Assembly: GCA_963932905.1 (NCBI GenBank)
Contig: CAWVRN010000020.1
Span: 1 to 64,000, forward strand
Direction of reading: 5' to 3'
Origin: an uncultured Bdellovibrio sp.
GTDB taxonomy: Bacteria; Bdellovibrionota; Bdellovibrionia; Bdellovibrionales; Bdellovibrionaceae
DNA length: 64,000 bases
Under the pieces are notes generated by a model. It searched no databases, was not told the DNA's origin, and worked only from the letters and a program-made list of their open reading frames with translations. Positions 60,080-64,000 of this stretch are shown here, one piece after another (position 1 is the first letter of the stretch; the number at the start of each line of letters is the position of its first letter). Both the position numbers and the translations under genes were made by a program.

Positions 60080-61035
60080 TGAGTGACTCCTCCTCCAGCA
60101 GGGGTCCCGGCCGGACCACCCGATGTTGCTGGTGTTGTTGCGGCTGGCGTTCCCGATGTGGTAGATGAATCGCCGCTGCCAGACTCTTCCTTGTTGTTAG
60201 GGAAATGGATAGGAATCACCAATTGCATCGAGTGTTTCTTAGAGCCTTCTTTTTCTGGATCTTTTTGATATGTGATAGAAATTTCAACTAGCCACGGAAA
60301 GTTTCCTTTTGTAGCGCCGTCACCACCTGAATCTGTTCGCCAGTCTTTGTTCCAATCTTGTTTGCCTCGACCTAGGTAACGCAAATTAAACTCAGTTATA
60401 TTTTCAATCAGTAAATATTCTTCGCCGCCTTTCGTGACATCTTCGTCTACCCAAGGTGAAACACGGCGGAAGATACACTTCGTCGCTTTCTTTTCAGCGA
60501 ATGTAGTGCAGTCTTTCAATGCGTAGCCTACTTCAACGAAATCGGCTTGCGGCATATCTTTCATAATGCGACCTGTGTTCATCGTCACGAAACTGATTTC
60601 ATGTTCTTTGCCGATAAAATGAGTTGTGGGGTCTTTGCGCGGAGCTTCGGCCGGTGTTTCTTGTTCCGCAATTACATTTCCATTTGAATCAAAAAGTTGT
60701 TGTGGTTGTTGGGCCAATTGAGCGGCGCCAGGAATCCCAGATCCGGCAGGTCCACCCGCAGGGCCACCGGCCGTTGTGGCCTTTTTGTTTTTCTTCGCTA
60801 TTTCTTTGATTTCTTTTTCCCAATCGCGATGGTGATAGGCAAGCTGAACATCTTTTTCAAAAATTTTAACACCGTCACGTAAGCGGGACGTGTCGTTCAC
60901 CATTTCTTGAATGATTTTTTTCTGAGTGATGGCTTGCTTGATTGTTTGCGCCGCCAACAATCCCAACGTCGACATAATCGCCACAGCAATCAAAACTTCA
61001 ATTAAAGTAAAACCAGATCGTGAAGAGAATTTCAC
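60076..61035 (-). CDS. gspJ: T2SS pseudopilin J
   Basis: GFTLIEVL prepilin motif; gene order. Confidence 0.8.
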   Translation of the reverse strand: MKFSSRSGFTLIEVLIAVAIMSTLGLLAAQTIKQAITQKKIIQEMVNDTSRLRDGVKIFEKDVQLAYHHRDWEKEIKEIAKKNKKATTAGGPAGGPAGSGIPGAAQLAQQPQQLFDSNGNVIAEQETPAEAPRKDPTTHFIGKEHEISFVTMNTGRIMKDMPQADFVEVGYALKDCTTFAEKKATKCIFRRVSPWVDEDVTKGGEEYLLIENITEFNLRYLGRGKQDWNKDWRTDSGGDGATKGNFPWLVEISITYQKDPEKEGSKKHSMQLVIPIHFPNNKEESGSGDSSTTSGTPAATTPATSGGPAGTPAGGGVTQ

Positions 61036-61553
61036 TAACCACCACCAGGTATCGAAGGCAGGGGCAGCTGCTTGTCATAGTCCACAAAAAGTAAGGTTGC
61101 CGAATATTCGAATTCTTTTTCTTTCACTTTGTAAACAACAGTGACTTTAACTTCTTTTATGGAACTCGATAGGTGGTCCGAGAATTGTTTCATCAATTGA
61201 CTCATCATTTGATCGACGCCGCCTTCGCGGCCAATCAGAATTGCAGTCAAGTCCGGCATCTCAAATTTTTTAGATTCTAGTTTCCAACTGTATTCAGGGA
61301 ACCCTTCGAATTCATCGCCCTCAGTTTCGGGGATTGAGTCAATGGATTTACCACGGTATTTCATATCGATTTCGGCTAACTTTCTTTCAAGCAGAGCTGC
61401 AATCTCGACGTTCTTTTGTGTTTTGCGAATGCGATTATAAGAACTGCTCCAAGATTGCGCCAGTAACATCACGCCGGATGCCAGAATGATCAGGGCGATC
61501 AAGACCTCTAGCAAAGTAAAACCTGATTGTTTCAGTCGGCTGCGTTTATTCAT
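61035..61553 (-). CDS. gspI: T2SS pseudopilin I
   Basis: GFTLLEVL prepilin motif; gene order. Confidence 0.8.
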   Translation of the reverse strand: MNKRSRLKQSGFTLLEVLIALIILASGVMLLAQSWSSSYNRIRKTQKNVEIAALLERKLAEIDMKYRGKSIDSIPETEGDEFEGFPEYSWKLESKKFEMPDLTAILIGREGGVDQMMSQLMKQFSDHLSSSIKEVKVTVVYKVKEKEFEYSATLLFVDYDKQLPLPSIPGGG

Positions 61554-62199
61554 TGCGCTTTATTACATCCTTCAAGCTGATTTCCTCATCCGCAATATCT
61601 ACTATACCGGTTAGGGGATTGATCAGCAAAGACCATGTGTTTTTATCATCCGTAATATGAATAATAGACGCCTCAACCAATCCTTCGGGTGAATAGTATA
61701 TGGCACCAAGGCCATCCACCAAGGGTTCGGTATTTTGAATCTCGAGGGATTTAAATTTAATTCCTTTAGGAAGAGTTTTTTCTTTTTTAGTTAGTTTTTT
61801 AAATAGTGTAAATGACGATTTCTTTTTGTCGCTACTTGTATCCTGTTCATCTTGGGCTTTTAATTCCAATTTGGGATCTTTCATTTCAATGGCGTTACCT
61901 TTTTCAACCCAGTAGCGAGATTGATCAGGTTTTATTTCTATCATCAGGCGAAAAAAAGTCTGAGTCAGGCGGGCCTGATTGCGAATTTCCTTCGATAGAA
62001 CAGTGAGCTCACGAAAGGTAGTTTTAATATTGTTATCATTTTTACGAACCCGACCGAGTCCTAGTACAATCACCGCAGAGATGATGCCTAGGACGATCAG
62101 AATTTCAATTAAGGTGAATCCGCGTTGAGAAGACCTAGTTAGCTGGAGCTGCTTCGCCGGATTCGTCTTCGCCCCAAACAAGATCTCTATCAAATCCAC
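61546..62199 (-). CDS. gspH: T2SS pseudopilin H (start uncertain, inside gspG)
   Basis: RGFTLIEIL prepilin motif, YYSPEG and INPLTG; GTG at 62199 preceded by GAGG. Confidence 0.75.
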   Translation of the reverse strand: MDLIEILFGAKTNPAKQLQLTRSSQRGFTLIEILIVLGIISAVIVLGLGRVRKNDNNIKTTFRELTVLSKEIRNQARLTQTFFRLMIEIKPDQSRYWVEKGNAIEMKDPKLELKAQDEQDTSSDKKKSSFTLFKKLTKKEKTLPKGIKFKSLEIQNTEPLVDGLGAIYYSPEGLVEASIIHITDDKNTWSLLINPLTGIVDIADEEISLKDVIKRNE

Positions 62200-62569
62200 T
62201 GCCGCCCTCTTTTCCGTCCTTACCAAGAGATTTTAAAGTAAACTCAGCTCCCGAATCAGCTGTGTATTCATACTTTCTGTTCCATGGATCTTCTAATCTT
62301 CCTTGGTAGTAAGCATTTGGTCCCCAATTCTTACAATCATCGGCTTTTTTCAAGCCGTCAAGAGATGCGGGGTATTTATTGCAATCTAAATTGTAATTCG
62401 CTAATGCGTTTGAAATTTGTCCCATTTGGATATTAGCTTCTTTCACTTTGGCTTTATCACGTGCGCCAGCAAATCGACCGGCTAATAATGCGAAGATAGA
62501 ACCAAGAATCGCAAGAACGATCATAATTTCAACAAGTGTAAAACCTTTTCGATTTTTAGAAATATTCAT
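62135..62569 (-). CDS. gspG: T2SS major pseudopilin G
   Basis: GFTLVEIM, DPWNRKYEY and SLGKDGKEGG. Confidence 0.92.
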   Translation of the reverse strand: MNISKNRKGFTLVEIMIVLAILGSIFALLAGRFAGARDKAKVKEANIQMGQISNALANYNLDCNKYPASLDGLKKADDCKNWGPNAYYQGRLEDPWNRKYEYTADSGAEFTLKSLGKDGKEGGSGFDRDLVWGEDESGEAAPAN

Positions 62570-62609
62570 AAAACAAGCCTCTCCTTAACAAGATTAAAAA
62601 ATTATAAAT

Positions 62610-63827
62610 CTAATTACCTAAATTTGTCATCTCAAACATAGGGATAACGATAGACAACACGATAATCATGACCACGACACCCATAATGACTGTGATGATC
62701 GGGGTAATCAATGACGTCATGCCGTCTATTTTATTTTGAACCGAAAAATCATAAGCGTCTGAAACTTGCGTTAACATGTTTTCTAGCTCGCCCGTTTTTT
62801 CACCAATCTTCACCATATGTATAACGATAGGGGGGAATTGCCCCGACCGTCCCAAAGGACCAGCTATGCTTTCCCCTTCGGAAATATTACCACGTGCTTC
62901 GTCTACGGCTTGTGCAATAACGGCATTGTTAACCACATTGCGTACGATATCCAATGCGCCTAACATCGGCACACCGCCAGTTAATAATGTAGCCAGTGTT
63001 CGTGTGAAGCGAGCCACCGCTACCATACGAATGATCGGCCCAAATACAGGGAGACGGAGTGAAATTGCATCCCAGCGCGGGCGACCTTCGGTTGAATTTT
63101 TCCAGGCCATAAATGAAACGTAAGATCCAATCAATACTCCCAAAATGATGTACCAGAAATCAGTCATAATTTGTGAAATCTGGACGATCACCAATGTGTA
63201 CCACGGCAGTTGCAGTTCTGGTGCCGACTCAAAAATCGTCATCATTTTAGGAATAACGAATGTGAACAAACCCATAACGATAATAAACACAACCACAAGC
63301 ATGATGATCGGGTAGGTTAAGGCACTGGATACTTTTTGGCGCAGTTTCGCCGAGGATTCAGTAAAGTCAGCTAGACGTAAAAGTATAACGTCCAAACTAC
63401 CTGACATCTCGCCGGCTTCACACATTGAAACATAAATTTTATCAAAGATATGCGGATATTTTGCGAGTGATTTATAAAACGGACTACCTTCATTGACCAT
63501 ATTTTTGGAATCGGCCAGGGCTTGCGATAAAGCCGGGTGTTCCACTTGTTCGCTGACGGCAGCCAAGGCATCTACCAATGGAATTTGCGATTTAATTAGT
63601 ACAGCTAACTGACGAGTCATCAAGGCTAAATCTTTGATAGGAACAGAGGCTTGGAATAAACCAGAATTGTTTTTCTTCGCAGCGGCTTTTACTTTGTTGC
63701 GAATGTCGGTAACAAATATGCCATCTTTTTTTAATTTGGTTCGAGCGGTTTTAATATTTTCCGAATCGACAACGCCAGACTTGTTTTTTCCAGCTTGAGT
63801 GATTCCCTTGTATTCAAAGAGTGGCAT
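62610..63827 (-). CDS. gspF: T2SS inner-membrane platform protein F
   Basis: TRQLAVL, AGEMSGSLD and GEKTGELE; upstream of gspG. Confidence 0.92.
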   Translation of the reverse strand: MPLFEYKGITQAGKNKSGVVDSENIKTARTKLKKDGIFVTDIRNKVKAAAKKNNSGLFQASVPIKDLALMTRQLAVLIKSQIPLVDALAAVSEQVEHPALSQALADSKNMVNEGSPFYKSLAKYPHIFDKIYVSMCEAGEMSGSLDVILLRLADFTESSAKLRQKVSSALTYPIIMLVVVFIIVMGLFTFVIPKMMTIFESAPELQLPWYTLVIVQISQIMTDFWYIILGVLIGSYVSFMAWKNSTEGRPRWDAISLRLPVFGPIIRMVAVARFTRTLATLLTGGVPMLGALDIVRNVVNNAVIAQAVDEARGNISEGESIAGPLGRSGQFPPIVIHMVKIGEKTGELENMLTQVSDAYDFSVQNKIDGMTSLITPIITVIMGVVVMIIVLSIVIPMFEMTNLGN

Positions 63828-64000
63828 TTAAAAATAGTACGCGTTGGAAAGCGCTAAGTAAAGCGTTGTCATGAGCGAAGGAAGTGGTTCTAAACTGGAT
63901 CTATTGGCCGAAACCAAAACCTACTTTTAGGCTTATGATACTAGCGCTCACCGTTGCAGATGACGGGAACAGAGAGTAATCAAGTGATACAGGAATCACA

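Noticed and set aside
63828..64000. Possible riboswitch or ncRNA upstream of gspF
   Set aside because: No recognisable conserved motif, and the region is cut by the window edge

Overview
Chromosomal window from a Bdellovibrionales (Bdellovibrio-like predatory) bacterium, inferred from gene content and order. The core backbone is purA-serA-aminotransferase / lptE-holA-PilZ / rpsT / murJ, an Agl-Glt gliding-motility operon (25.5-38.1 kb), ribF-pilB-pilT-like-pilC-pilS-pilR, and the T2SS genes gspF-G-H-I-J-K. Accessory material includes a RoxA-like di-heme cytochrome c lipoprotein, a secreted minimal kinase-like protein, a DDE insertion sequence with visible inverted repeats, and two pirins. The most striking block is an AT-rich segment at about 14.9-25.5 kb. 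It holds a nine-gene H-NOX (probable NO-sensing) phosphorelay that includes a CheX-like/histidine-kinase fusion, plus a TIGR02147 protein between two paralogous lipoproteins with C-terminal EF-hand-like loops. Non-coding signals include a perfect 30-bp inverted repeat between rpsT and murJ, sigma54- and sigma28-like promoters, and a recurrent GTCTCA-N3-TGAGAC-type palindrome. I found no rRNA, tRNA or CRISPR array. All family calls come from motif recognition by eye; no searches were run.
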